A DNA stretch of 64,000 nt from Carcharhinus longimanus (taxonomy: Eukaryota): assembly GCA_030264375.1 (NCBI GenBank), contig JASCQW010000132.1, positions 131,801,900 through 131,865,899 of the forward strand, in the 5' to 3' direction. Position 1 is the stretch's first letter, and each line of letters begins with the position of its first letter. The translations under genes were made by a program, and so were the position numbers. Under the pieces are notes generated by a model. That model was not told where the DNA came from. It searched no databases and saw nothing but the letters and a program-made list of their open reading frames with translations. Positions 38,024-52,028 of the stretch are shown piece after piece.

Positions 38024-39744
38024 CTGTGAAAGGAAGGGATTATAGCGTTCACAGTCAATATTCTTCTTTTGAAGACCTGCACCATTATATGGTGTGATGC
38101 TCTGAGTCCATCTTACAATCTGGCTATCACATGCATTAATCACAGTGAGGTATGAGTAACTATAAATCAAAGCAGGAAGCTATTTTAACTGCACACTCTC
38201 AGCATTACTTGTCTCTTTTCCAAGATTTTGTCTTGGTCCAAGTCTCAGTTTATCAAACTGCTTGGACTGGGGTTTCTGTTTCTGTGATTAATAAAAAAGC
38301 AATCATGTAAATTTTCAGAGTTGCATTGTAATCGAGTGAAATCTCGTATCTCACTGCAATTATAAAATAAATGTTGCTTACATAGAAAGCTTTCTCTGTG
38401 TGAATGCACCACGATAACTCCAAAGATAATGGTGTAACAGTATTATTGTACTATTATTAATTCTAACCATAATAATAATATGGTTATTACCACTAACCAT
38501 ATTAGTGCTAATATTTTAGCACTAATATTAACACCAAGCATAATAGTGTACCACTAACACTGTGACAGAAATACTGTATAATTAAATTGGCTGTAATTCT
38601 GTGTACATGTATACAATGGTGATTGATCCGTCAGAGATTAGCGGAAGACAATATGACCAATGTCAAGGCAGAATTGATATTGAGAAGGAGGAAAAGGGAC
38701 AACAAACTAGTTATACCCCATGATTCCCTCACCCAGAGAACATTCTGTGCCCTTTCTACCCACAGTGCTTCTTCTGATTAGTGTTCAACATGAGGAGTAC
38801 TGATTCATCAGCTGAGGGAGCACGGTGGTTGGTAAGCAGCAATAGCTTTCCTTGCCCATGTTTGAACTGATGCCAAGAGTCTCCATAGGGTCTGAAGTCA
38901 ACGTTGAGGACTCCCAGGGCAACACTCTCCCGACCCTATACTACTGTACCTCCACTTCTAGTGGCTATGTCCTGCCCTGAGACAGGACATATCCAGAGAT
39001 GGCATGGGAAAATGAGGAAGCTGAGGAGTGTTTTAGGCCAGTGTGTTTGAACAAGAGGTTAAATATTTAAAAGTAAAGAAAGGGCTAGCAGTGTAGCCTG
39101 AAAGGCCAAGGGACTTGGAGATGAAAACAATGCCATAACATCAGTAGCTTCAAGGGGTGAAAGGACAAGGAGGTGATAGGAAAAGATGGTTGGGAAGATG
39201 GGGAAGCTAGGCTCCTGTACAATAACAATTTCACAGAGGAGGGGAAATTGTACAGAAAGAGAGGGAACATAGTAGGAAAGAGGTCTCAACATCCTAATTT
39301 AATATACAACAATATATCTTACAGGGACATGCACGGTGGTTAGCACTGTTGCTTCACAGCGCCAGAGATACAGGTTCAATTCCTGGCATGAGTCACTGTC
39401 TGTGCGGGAGTCTGCACATTCTCCCTGTGTCTGTGTGGGTTTCCTCCAGATGCTCCAGTTTCCCCTCAGTCTGAAAGACGTGTTGGTTAGGTGGATTGGT
39501 CATGCTAAATTCTCCGTGTACCCAAAAAGGCACCGGAGTGTGGCGACTAGGGTATTTTCACAGTAAGTTCATTGCACTGTTAATGTAAGCCTAATTTGTT
39601 TCACTAATAAATAAAATTACTGAATTTAAATTGGGTTTATGCAGGAACACAAAACCGAATTCATTTTGTGTCCTACAAATGCAGTTTACATCTGCATGGG
39701 ACAAAAGCAACTTTCAGTTGAAATAATTTGCTGGAATACATAAC

Positions 39745-39908
39745 CTGGATAAATTTGGCAGCGGTTCTGCAGGCCTCTAGATAGGAGCGATGAAGAACCC
39801 ACTTTCCAGCTGCCATGGAAGCCAAATATTTCTCATTACGCAATGGCTGTCCGACAATGATGTGAGTACAGGAAGAGTCAAAACACTGTCTGTCTAGTAC
39901 TACTGCAC
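39745..39908 (-). CDS. TOPBP1: TOPBP1 exon (~24), BRCT7
   Basis: ttttag|[54 protein letters not shown]|gttatg. Confidence 0.98.
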
Positions 39909-42565
39909 CTAAAAAAAAAATCAAATTCCACATTTACTCAAAGAATGGTAAAATCACTAATTCTGAACATACATATATGGCAAACAATGATTAGATTGGT
40001 TCAGCTTTTTACATCACAGAATTTCAATTACAACACAAATATTTTGCCTTCATTGACGTTCCTGTTTCAAAGTTTAATCAAAGAACAAAGAAAATTGCAG
40101 CACAGGAACAGGCCCTTCACCCCTCCAAGCCTGTAGTGACCCAACTGAATTAAAGCCCCCTACCCTTCCAAAGAACACATCCCTCTGTCCCTATCCCATT
40201 CATGTTATTTGTCAAGATGGCTCTTAAAAGTCACCATCATATCTGCTTTTATTACCTTCCCCAGCAGTGAGTTCCAGGCACCCACCATCCTGTGTAAAAA
40301 AAAAACTTGCCTTGTACATCTCCTTCAAATCTTACCCTTCACACCTTAAACCTATACCCCCTAGTAACTGACTAAAACTGAGTGGAGGATTGACAGGTGT
40401 TCACTTCTCAACTCCAGTCCAACCATGCTATTGCTGATGGCCCAGACGTCCTCCTCTCCCAAAAGTTCCAGCACCCACTCCTCAAAAGGGGGTGACAACT
40501 CAGAAGTCAGTCTCACCACCCCGTCTTTACCTTCTCCTGAATCAGTCTGATCTTTTATAAAGCTGGTCAGTAAAATTTCTGTTATTGTAAAATATGTTTT
40601 AAATACCAATTTGGTTAGTCTATTCTCAACTCCACATCCATGTTGACAATTTGCATGGGCTTCCAACCCTTAACTCTGAGATAAATATTCCATCGGATTT
40701 ACACAACTGTTATTTCAGATTTTAATCTGAATAAACAGATGCTTTAAACTAATTTGGTGTTTATGAGTCCAAGAAATACTAACGGTTAACCCAAATTGCA
40801 AGGGCACATTTACTCCCAGTTTGTCTACGGTCACGTTAATCTTTCTATCTGAAAGATCTTTGAACTCCATTTGGTCGGAGATTGTAACATAGCCGTAATT
40901 TTAGTTGCCACTGATCGCCTTTTTCTAATTCTAATCAATCACCTCAAACAGGAGTTTATCAAGAATTGCTAACTCAAATTTATTCAACTTTCTTCCTTCA
41001 TAAATGAAGCTACGCTGGATATAAAAGAACTTTTCCATAGAACCCTACAGTGCAGAAAAAGGCTCTTCAGCCCATCAAGTCTGCACCAAACAATTCCACC
41101 CAGGCCCTACCCCCATATCCCTTCATAGTCTACCCACTAATCCCTCTACCCTACGCAGCCCTAAACACTAAGGGGCAATTTCTTGGCACGACCAATCAAC
41201 CCAACCCGCACATCTTTGGACTGTGGGAGAAAACCGGAGTACCCAGAGGAAACCCACACAGACACAAGGTGAATGTGCAAAATCCACACAGACAGTGACC
41301 CGAGCCGGGAATCGAACCCAGGACCCCAGAGCTGTGAAGCAGCAGTGCTAACCACTGTGCTACCGTGCTGCCCAATGCGCTCAAATTTCCTCTGGTGGTT
41401 CTCCTGGACTCTCTTTGTGCAAGGTTCCCATCGACCCTGACATTTCACAGGCAGCCTTATGAAGAGATGGAACATCTATTCATCCCTGTAAAGCCAATGG
41501 CATAAAGAGATGGCCCCTCCCTACATTGTGAACTTTGCTTTGTTGTATAAGCCAGGATTGTAAAGGAGAGGCAGCCAATATCAAGTGTTACATGAATCCT
41601 GGTGAGTGGAAAAGGGCCCCACTGAGGGAGTAGGGCAGGAAATAATGCAGATCTCCAAAATTATGCGCTTTTAAAAAAAATATTCATCGCACAGGTTATA
41701 GAGGGGGACCAGGACACTGGCTGGGCAGTCTATCCAACCCAACCCCTGATAGCCAGGCATTGGATTTTCTGTCTATTTACGAGCAGTGTAGGGATATATG
41801 TGCCCAATGATCCGATGTAAATGAATTGCACTTATGTTGACCCTACAAACTCAGGTAAGGTCATACCCAAAGATCTTTGAGTATGATTCCAAAGATTATA
41901 GCAGTTGGATCTTGGAGACTATTTAATTAAACAAACAGTATTTTGTTGCCTCTGTTATGATTTAATGCATAAATACTAGATCCATTATTTTACCACAGCA
42001 ACCAGAATGGTAGTAAATCATAACAGCAAGATCCCAGTTTGCATCCCTGGTTTGGGCTAATCTCAGACAAGAAACTACAATGGGTTACAGAAGTCCTGCC
42101 ACCTGTTCATGGCCAAAATTCAGCATCTCATATCAGAAAGTGCTCAAGTCTGTTAAGGATTTATCTCGGTTGTGATGTTTTCCAGTATCACTCATTGCCA
42201 CAATAGGAAGAATGACCATGCTGGAGCAGTATTCATGCACTAGTCTGTAACTTCATAGCACTCCTTGTAGTGGAGACAAATATCAATCAGAACAAAAAGA
42301 ACAAGATGCTTTTGATGGCAGAGAATTAGTTTGCCATCCAGAGACTCAGGGTTATGTTCTGGGATGCGGGTTCCAATCCCTCTATGCTAGATGGCAAAGT
42401 TTGAATTAAAAAAAAGTCTGGAACTAAAAGCCAAATGTTGACCGTGAAACCCTTATCTGTTCTGTCCTACATGTGATTCTAGATCTACAGCAATATTGTT
42501 GACTCTTAAATGCTCTCAAATGGACAAGCAAGCCATTCAGTTCAAGGGCAATTAGGAATAGGCAA

Positions 42566-42890
42566 TAAGAACATAAGAAATAGGAGCAGGAGTAGGCCAT
42601 CTAGCCCTTCGAGCCTGCCCCGCCATTCAATGAGATCATGGNNNNNNNNNNNNNNNNNNNNNNNNNNNNNNNNNNNNNNNNNNNNNNNNNNNNNNNNNNN
42701 NNNNNNNNNNNNNNNNNNNNNNNNNNNNNNNNNNNNNNNNNCATTTTTCCAACTACAGACGTTAAACTAACCGGCCTATAATTCCCTGCCTTTTGCCTGC
42801 TACCTTTTTTAAACAGCGACGTAACATTAGCCGTTTTCCAATCTTCTGGCACTTCCCCGGAATCCAGCGAAGTTTGGTAAATAATCACTA
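42566..42890 (-). mobile_element. Young CR1 LINE collapsed across a gap
   Basis: SLDSGEVPEDWKTANVTSLFKKGSRQKAGNYRPVSLTSVVGK on one side, intact CR1 tail on the other. Confidence 0.9.
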
Positions 42891-43329
42891 ACGTGCGTGT
42901 AAGAAATTAGAAAGTTATCATGTGGTGCCTAATTGGAATAAACTGGCAGGTAGACTAGAGGAATAGCCGTCAGTGTTGAAGGCAGTAGAGGAGCCAAAGA
43001 GAAGGAGAGAATGCAGCTTATAACAGGTCAGAATCTGGATGAAAAGGATTTCAACAGGACAAGTGTGAAAGCTGTGGCAGTGAATGTGTAACAATGATTC
43101 ATTCGAGAATCTAGGAATGAAAGGGTCAGTTGGTGTAAAATAGCCGAGAGGGGAAATCAAGTAGGATTTTAAGGAAGTTGATAATGGAAGTTTTGAAACA
43201 AGTCGGGACAGCACCAACAGGTAAAGAGGGAGGCGAGAAAGGAATATTCTCATAGAATTAGCGAAGAGGGAGAACTTGGCTAAGCAGGAGCTGGGACAAG
43301 AGGGCATTAAGAAGTCAGTTAATAGTGAC

Positions 43330-43855
43330 TCAGCGAGGTCTTGATTTCGAGAAGGAGGATATGAAGAAATGCTGGATAAGTATGGAAATATGATTAGGCA
43401 AGAACTGGAGATGAATACTTTGCAACTACCTTCACAAAGGAAGAGGATGCTGACAGTGCCAAAGTAAAGAAGTAGACAGTAGAGAAACTAGATAGGCTAA
43501 ATATGAATAAAGAGATGGTACTTAATATGAAGTTGTCCAGTCCAACTGATGTGCTGAGCAATATAGGGATAGAAACAGTGGAGGCTCAGGCCACAAACCT
43601 TTAGAACACCTTGGATATGGGAGTGGTGCCAGAAAACTAGAGGGTTGCAATTGCTAAAGCCCTATTTAAAAATGAGAGGAATAAACCTAGTCAGTCAGCT
43701 ATCACTGGTGTTGGGCAACTTCTAGAAAATATTATCCAGACAAAAATTAATTGCTATTTGGAAGAACATGGGTTAATAAATGATTTTATATATATATACA
43801 AATATAGATATGTATAGATCGTCAAAGGCAAATTATGTCCGATAAACTTAACAGA
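43330..43855 (+). mobile_element. Old CR1 ORF2 fragment
   Basis: Degenerate GVVPEN*RVAIAKALFK and aatactttgc..cttcacaaagga. Confidence 0.6.
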
Positions 43856-44479
43856 GTCACAGATTCTTAAAGCACAGGAGGCTGTTCGACTCATCATACC
43901 TGTGCCAGCTCCAGTTAGATCGCTGTAGTTCTGTAATCTTTTTCCTTTTCAAATTTATACCCCTTTCAGAAGTTACTGTTTAATCTGCCTCCACCATCAT
44001 AATAACTTATTGCGTTTCCAAAGAAAATCCTCACTATCCCAAGCTCTGCGCCACCAAAATACCAAACAAGGTTCTTTAGTTGCCGCTAATCTTAAATCTG
44101 TGCCATCTGGTTAACGACTTTACTGCCAATTTAGAATCATAGAATCCTTACAGTGCAGAAGGAGGTCATTCGGCCTATCGAGTCTGACCACAATCCCACC
44201 CTGGTCCTATTCCTATGCATTTATCCTAGCTCGTCCCCCTGACACTGAGAGGCAATTTAGCATGGCCAATCCATCCAATCCACACATTTTTGGACTGTGG
44301 GAGAAAACTGGAGCACCCAGAGGAAACCCACATAGACACAAACTGCAGTTATTCAGGTTTTTCCCTAGTTGCAATACGAAAACCTTTCATAATTTTGAAC
44401 ACCTCTTATTTCTCTCTTTAACCTTCTCTGCTGTTTTGAAAATAGATACAATACACAAATCACAAGAAAAATACCGCAC

Positions 44480-44591
44480 CTAACTCCTCAATAAGATGGC
44501 AGTAGTCAATCCGCTCCTGTGGGTTCAGTGAGGATAACTGGAACCTGCGTTGAATGTGTGTTTCTTTGACATTATTCTCGCCAACGGCAAC
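44480..44591 (-). CDS. TOPBP1: TOPBP1 exon (~23), BRCT7 start
   Basis: ttcag|..[22 protein letters not shown] g|gtgcgg. Confidence 0.97.
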
Positions 44592-45770
44592 CTGAAAGTT
44601 ATAAGCAAAACCATCCGGTTCAGTTATTTAGATAACATAAACAGAAATACAGCAAGACATACTTCAGTTCTTCATTGTTGGGGGATTTTCAAATCTTTTG
44701 AGATGTCGGATATCACGTGGCTTAGGCTCAACTTCTGATTTCAAGCTTGGGTAAACTTGCAGTTATTCAGTTTTGCACAGTATGCAGAATATACAGTCCA
44801 GACAATGAGCTGCTCAACCTTACTCTATGCCTCCTGCACCAGTCAAGGAATTTTAAAGGATATGCAAGGCAGGAAAGGAGAAGTACCATGCAGAACATTT
44901 TTTTTCCTTTTTGAGGGGAGATACTTCAGATATACCAGTCATCATCGTTCAAACATGGGAAAGTTTCGAGTGCCACTGTGACAAAGCGCACTCACTCAAG
45001 AATCACAGAACCCCTACAGTGCAGAAGGAGACCATTTGGCCCATCAAGCCTGCACTGATAACAGTCCATCCCAGGCCCTATCCCTGTAACCCCATCTATT
45101 TACCCTGCCAGTCCCCCTGACACTAGGGGGCAACTTAGCATGGTCAATCAAGCTAATCCGCAAATCTTTGGACTGTGGGAGGAAACCCACGCAGACACCG
45201 GGGGAGCGTGCAAACTCCACAAAGACAATCACCCGCAGTCATATTTGAACCTGGGTCCTTGGTGCTGTGAGGCAGCAGTGCTAACCACTGTGCTGCCCAC
45301 TATAAGTTATACCTTCTTTGGAGGAAGGAGAGGGGTGGATAATTAAATGTGAACTTGCAGATATCCTTTTGAAGACTAAAGGTTAAAAAGCAATGAAGAT
45401 GAACAGAAATGCAAAAAAACCATAACAAATCTTTCGCCACACCAAAGCAAAATAAAGACATGGTTTACAAAAACGTCCTGCGAAATGGTATAGCAGAGCA
45501 CTTATAATGATACTTTAAATCTATTGAACAAATGCAACATCAAGGATAAATGAAAGAGGAACTTCAACAAACTTTAAAACTAAAATTACTTAAAGTTGGG
45601 TTTAGATTAAAAAATATTGGGAAGCAGAAACATTTTTGCAGTCAGGTGAGTTACATGAATCTCAGCCCCTGAGTTTCCCCATTACTCACCCCAGAGCCCT
45701 ACCCACACCTCAACATAACACACTCATACAGTTTCCTATACTATTACAATAAATCCCATGTTTTCCAGAC

Positions 45771-45928
45771 CTGTTCTTTGGGCTGTGGTGCCACAGGAGG
45801 TTTTGCCAGTGGAAATGCTATACTGGGAGCCTGAGGTGTAGGGGTGAGCCGGTCATCCTTCATTGGAACGTCACCATTTGTTACAGCAAGATACTGTGGA
45901 ATTTCTGTTACAGAAGTAGAATTGATAT
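45771..45928 (-). CDS. TOPBP1: TOPBP1 exon (~22)
   Basis: ctcag|..[32 protein letters not shown]|gtctgg; acceptor chosen by phase. Confidence 0.9.
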
Positions 45929-46641
45929 CTGAGATTGTTGAGTGTAAACACTGCAAAATGCACGCTACACACAATTGCAATCTTTTTTGCATTAGTTCAC
46001 TTTTTGCACATACCACCTTGCTCAGTCTTTGAGCACATTTCAAGTTTTGCATAACCTTTCAATAAATGAACAATATTGAAGACAAGGGCCCATTTTGATC
46101 CTCCTTCAACCCTCACTGTAAAGACGGCCTTGTTTCCGAAACTGTTCATTAGTTCTCTTCAAAAGAGAGGAAATCCAAACAGCCAGGAAGTGGACACAGA
46201 ACATAGGGTGAGCTTAGGGTTAGATGGACATCTGCCCATCTCTGGAGACAGTGTACTGTACCCAGGGTAGGAATGGAGTAAGAGTGCCTCAGAAACAGAG
46301 TTAACATTTCAGGTCTGTGACCCTTCATCAGAATGGTCATAATTTTCCGTTCGTCTCGCTCCACGGGTGCCACCTGACCTGTTGCGTATTGCCAAAACTT
46401 TCAGATTTCCAGCATCTGCAGAAATTTGTTTTTGTCCACTTAAAGTAAAAACTGGTTGCAAATCCTTAAAGTCAAGTATAACTCCAAGGATCTTCTACTC
46501 ACTGTTTAAATAGTGGAATACTGAAGTCATTTACTGTCATGAGCATACCTAATAACAATTACAAAAAGCATTAAACTTCACATAAGAACCTCAGAAAATG
46601 TTGCAGCACAGAAAGAATCAATGGGGATTAATTCATCATAC

Positions 46642-46871
46642 CTATCACAGCAATTTCCGAATCGGTTAAAGAATCTGTGTGCTTTGCATTCCTTTCCTCC
46701 ACTTGCTCTGTGTTTTTCTGAAATTGCTCAGAGTACTGAGAGGGGCTGCCTGGCCACTGCATGTTGTTGGCCAGCTTGGCTCGCTCTTCCCTGGCTGTTG
46801 GATCATCCCAAATAATCTGCTCACTCTGTGATGGCTCTGTATTGATGTCCGTAACTGCTGCATGTGAGCGC
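46642..46871 (-). CDS. TOPBP1: TOPBP1 exon (~21), AAD core
   Basis: ttttag|..[41 protein letters not shown]..|gtatga; contains the catalytic-activation Trp and the SQ site. Confidence 0.97.
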
Positions 46872-48115
46872 CTAAAAACAGCATCTTTGTAAAATTAAGC
46901 TGGAAGTACAAATGCAAGGTAGAAGATTCATGCTTTTACAACTACATTTTTGGCTCTGTTTGAGTTATTGATACTCAATATGACCTTAGTGCTTAACTAC
47001 AGTACTCAGATGAAAAAATATTCTTTTTAGTTTTGTTAGTGGAATCCAAACAAAACTAAAAATATTTTTCATCCGCTTACTGTAGTTAAAAAAAAGTTGC
47101 TGAATTTTCTTAATTAATCTTTCAGGAATCTGTAGAAAAATTTCTACACAAAACATTTTATCTCTATTAATGCTTTATAATGATCTCTTTTAATGCAAGC
47201 ACCGAATCATCAGTTTTAATATTGCGCTGAATTCTCTCAGCCAAGGAATTAAAAACTAGAATCCAATCCTATCCAATCCAATCCTATTAGGGTAGGCAAT
47301 GGCTTAGCGGTGTTATCTCTAGACTATTAATCCAGAAACTCAGTTAATGTTCTGGGGACCAGGGTTCAAATCCCACCAAGGCAGGTGGTGAAATCTGAGT
47401 TTAATAATAAATATCTGGAATTAAGAATCTATTGATGACCATGAAACCATTATCGACTGTTGGAAAAACCCCATCCAGTTCACCAATGTCCTTTACAGAA
47501 GGAAATCTGCCATCCTTACTTGATCTGGCCTACATGTGACACAGCAATGTGGTTCACTCTCAGCTGCTCTCCAAGAACAACTAGGGATGGGCAATAAATG
47601 CTGGCCAGCCAGCGATGCCCATGTCCCATGAATGAATACAAAAAAAATCCATCCGAGTTACAAATACATGATTGATCAAACAGGGACTATTTATAAAGCT
47701 GGATTTAATGATGTTTAAAAATACAATGAAAGAGAACAAATGAAAATTAACTGACAGCATCCCAGACTTGAACATTAGCTCTATTCTCTCTCCACAGATG
47801 TTGTCACACCTGCTGAGATCTTTCAGCATTTTCTGATTTGATTTCAGATTCCAGCATCCGCAGTATCTTTCTTTTATGAAAATCAATTCTCAGTGGCCAG
47901 GCAAAAAGTACCAAATGAACAAGATGCAGATTGATCCCACCTCACATTACAGTTTGCAAAACGGTAGGTCTGAATTTCCCTGATAAGGTTATCAAAATTA
48001 TGTTAAAAATGTTCTAAATTTTAATTTTATCATTTAAAAAAGGTTAATGCTATACGACTTAAATAATTTCAATAAAATAGAAACAGCTATAAAGTCAACA
48101 AAACCCGTAGAGCAC

Positions 48116-48302
48116 CTGAGGGATTCCAGGGCTCTGCTGCGTCCTGAACGAAGAGTGCCCTCAGCTGAAGATGGGGAGTACTCCAGAACTCCTCGTGAAA
48201 TGGCTCCGCGGTGCCCTGCTGCCCTCTCCAATCTTGTAGCAGACATTATTTCCTGTAACTGACGCTGAAAATTCTCTCTCATTTCAGAGGTTTCTGTCAA
48301 AT
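48116..48302 (-). CDS. TOPBP1: TOPBP1 exon (~20), ATR-activation domain N-part
   Basis: ttgcag|DLTETSEMRENFQRQLQEIMSAT...RSGRSRALESLR|gtgctc. Confidence 0.96.
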
Positions 48303-49724
48303 CTGCAACAAGGATGGAATGTGTAAATTGATACAAATCGGAAGTATTCTCTGTAGAGGAAATAGTGCTCCCACATCGCCCTCCCTCATCCCCAAAGCAC
48401 TGTGACATATCAGATTACAAAGATAAGCCCATGTTACCAATTGAGGGAGAAGTGCTAACTCATTCTTCTATTAAGATGTTTTAGTTCTTGTGTTTTTCCC
48501 TCAGCTGCACCCTTTCTGGGATTCAAATGTCTGACCTTTATGATATTCATTTGTGCTGTGTATGTTGCTGGAAATGTTGGTTAATAACAGGGCACCTGAG
48601 ACCATAGTGAATGTGGGGACAAAAAGTATATCCCCTTAATGGTTAAGGATTGAGAAAGAGACAAAGGAACAATGGAGGAGCATGAATTAGAGAGGGTGAA
48701 TGAATGCCAAATCTAGTACGGAAAGGTGGGGAAGGGAAGAGAGAAAGAGACGGGGGACAAAAACTGGGTTAAGAAAGAGAAAAAAAGATACAAGGAACAT
48801 AAAGAAAAAGGATAAGAGAATTAAAATATTATAAATCTCCAATAGTTCCTGTGGAAAGGAAATTCCGTGGTTTAAATTGTTCCTTTTCTGGGATGGAAAG
48901 ATTGATTGGCATAATAGCAAAATAAAGCTTCTCATTAAAACAAATACCTCCAGGTAAAAGTCCTATGGTGGGTTTAATTGTGTAATGAACAAATACAAAA
49001 ACTTCACGAAACTTGGGGAACAGGTCGGTGTGAGCTGCCATTTCTGTGAGCCTGACGGAGGAATGCTGTAAGTCATCCAGGAACATGTGGTGATTTGCAA
49101 TTCACTGGCTATCTCTTCCACACCAAAAGCTACAGGATGCCAATAACGTGGAGTGCGATTAAGGTTGTCACTATTTTGGTAGCAAATTCCAGTCTTAAAT
49201 CTTTATTTGCATCTCCCAATATCTATAAAACATGTCTATGTGCTCCAGAGACCACATCAGTAAACATTTAAATGCTTGCAAAGAGACGTCAGGATTTCCA
49301 ACGCTCTCCATGCTGCAAGTCACACTGCAAGAATTTTAAAAATTCTTCCACGTGATGCGGGTGTCACTGGCAAGGCCAGCATTGTTGCGCATCCCTAAAC
49401 TGCTAAGGAAAAGATGGTGGTGGAGGAATATCACAACAATGCAGCCAAATCCTCAGATCACGAATGCTTTTGCTGCCAGAAGAAACCCCGACATTGTGAC
49501 TCCACAGAATCCTTGATATACCACCCCCTCTTCCCAGTTTTACCAAATATTATCTGGGTTGTATGTAATGGACTTCATAGTAAGGATAGATTTACTCTTT
49601 CTGTGGAAGATTGGACAGATGTGTGAGATTCAATAATCAATGCAGCAATAAAAATTCAGAATATTATTCTAAAAAGATATTTTAATGTGGTCACATCAGT
49701 GATTATAAAATGGTGCATTATGTG

Positions 49725-50182
49725 TGTAGCCAAACGGGCCATCTAAAATGGCATTTTGTAAAGCACTCTGGGACAAGTGGGCAAGAAACTAAATCAACAG
49801 GCTGCAGTTTAAAGACAGAGACAAACAGATGGCAACCCTGATGAGTGAATACACAGGATATGGGCCATCTCCAGGACGAAAGAGACTTTCTGGTCACACT
49901 GGGTTGTGTGCCAGACGTAAAGGCACCGTGAATCCTTATTTAGGAGGAAGGTATNNNNNNNNNNNNNNNNNNNNNNNNNNNNNNNNNNNNNNNNNNNNNN
50001 NNNNNNNNNNNNNNNNNNNNNNNNNNNNNNNNNNNNNNNNNNNNNNNNNNNNNNCTTATTGTTGGTCGGGTGGGTGATTATTGATTGTGTGGGTTTAAAT
50101 AAATATTGTTTGTACTAATAAGACGTCTACTTGTAGTTATTTGTCCACTGTATAAGGGTTAAAACAGACTGATTTTACAACA
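49725..50182 (+). mobile_element. Probable LTR element (solo or collapsed) spanning a gap
   Basis: TG...CA termini, AATAAA near the 3' end, imperfect TSD TGTG/CGTG. Confidence 0.5.
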
Positions 50183-52028
50183 CGTGACACTGGGAAGACA
50201 GTGGCGTGGTGATAAAGTAAGTCGGCTGGTAATCCAGAGAACCAGGCTAAAGCTCCGGGGACACAGGCTCAAATCCCTCTATGGCAGCTGGTTGAATTTA
50301 AAATTCATAAAACCTGGAATTGAAAGCTACTTGGGTATCGGTGACCATTAATTTATCACCGATTGCTACAACTCTGGTAAAACATTCTTAGTTGGGGCAA
50401 AAACCATTGCATTTTTTTCTTAAGGAAAGGAACAGCTGTGATATTTGAGGCTGAGGAAAATACAAGGCCACAGGAAGAGACAAGGACAGTAGGATTAGTT
50501 TTGAATTGTTCCAACAAGAACAGGTCAAATGGCCTTCAATGTTGTAAATTTCTGCAATGCCATTTCCAGCTGATCAATTTGGTATATCAGACAATATCTA
50601 AACAAATCAGGGTCAGATTTCTCAAAACATTGCTTACGATGTAAACTCTGTGGGTTGAATTTGCAGCCTCACCTCACCGAGCATGTTTTTGGCAGGGGTG
50701 AGTATGGATACACCAAGAATACGACAAGTGGCAAGCCCACCACCACCCTGCCCACCCAGGAACTGGCCACTACAACACGGTTTTAAATAAATTATAATGG
50801 TCAGTTGAACTTTTGAAAAAAATTTATTCATGGGACATGAGGTGTTGGAGAAGCCAACGGTGTTATCCATTGGCAGCACAGCTGCCCTATTCAAAATCTG
50901 AATATCTCACAATTATTTTAAAATATTAATTCAAGGGATGTGGCTTCGCTGGCTAGGCCAGCATTTATTGCCCATCTCTAATTGTTCTTGAGAAAGTGAT
51001 AGTGAGCTGCCTTCTTAAACTGCTGTAGTCCCAATTATTAGCAGTGTAACAGTGCAGCTTATTAAGAAGCCAATTAACCGAGATAATATGCTACCCACGC
51101 CATAATATGGTTGGGCACAGGAGGGCAGACAGGAGTAGGCAGGCTTGTTTGTTAAGTGATTCAACAGATAAGTGTGCGTGTGCCGATGGCATGTGAGCAT
51201 GTGCCGGTGGTGTGTGTCAGTGGTGTTTGTTTGCATGCGTGTGTGTATTAGGCAAACACTCCCCAAAATTTCACTTCCCTTCATTCCTTCTTGCCTGACC
51301 TACAAAACAAGTACTCCCCGACCTCATTTGCCCCTTCCCCAAAGCTGCCAAAACCACTCCCTCCCAAGTTACCTGGCTCCAGTGTCCATCTTTTCTTCAC
51401 CCTGGGTCTGCTTACAGTGCCAGCAGTGCCCATTACTGAGCTCTGGTCTGCTGGCCAATTAGATTAGCTGGCAACTCCTGGGGCGGGACTTCCTCCCACT
51501 ATCTCCTAGTTTAGCCTGCCAGCAGCACGGCATGACAGGTGCAGATGCATTGACTGCTGGATGACCTTCCATCCAGGGGTTGAACAACGGCCACCACTGC
51601 CCCACCTCCCACTTTGTAAAATCCAGTCCTGTGATTCGTTCAGCAAGTACACCTAGAAACTGGGAAATCCTGGAGCATAATGTCGTAAAAAATAACTGCC
51701 CAGAATTGCTTTAGCCACCTGCTCTGAAGTGTTATTTATAGTCATAGCACAAAGGTTTAATGCATTCATATGGCCTTTCTCTACCCTATTTTAGTTGGTC
51801 AATTTAAATTATATGGGTTAGCTCCTTTCTACAAATAGGAAAAATATTTTACAAAAATGTCAAGGTTACATCTTCAATGAATGGTACCACTAATTTCAAA
51901 ATTACAATGGCAAAGCCCTAAATGATGAAAAATATTGTTTCACCTCTGAATGACTGCAAGAAAGAAAGGAGGAACAAGTAGTCAGGTGAATGAATTTGCT
52001 GGATGATAACCAACTGAATGCTATTTAC

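Noticed and set aside
40561-40660. Y RNA-like start (AGCTGGTC)
   Set aside because: No complementary 3' stem or Ro-binding bulge found.
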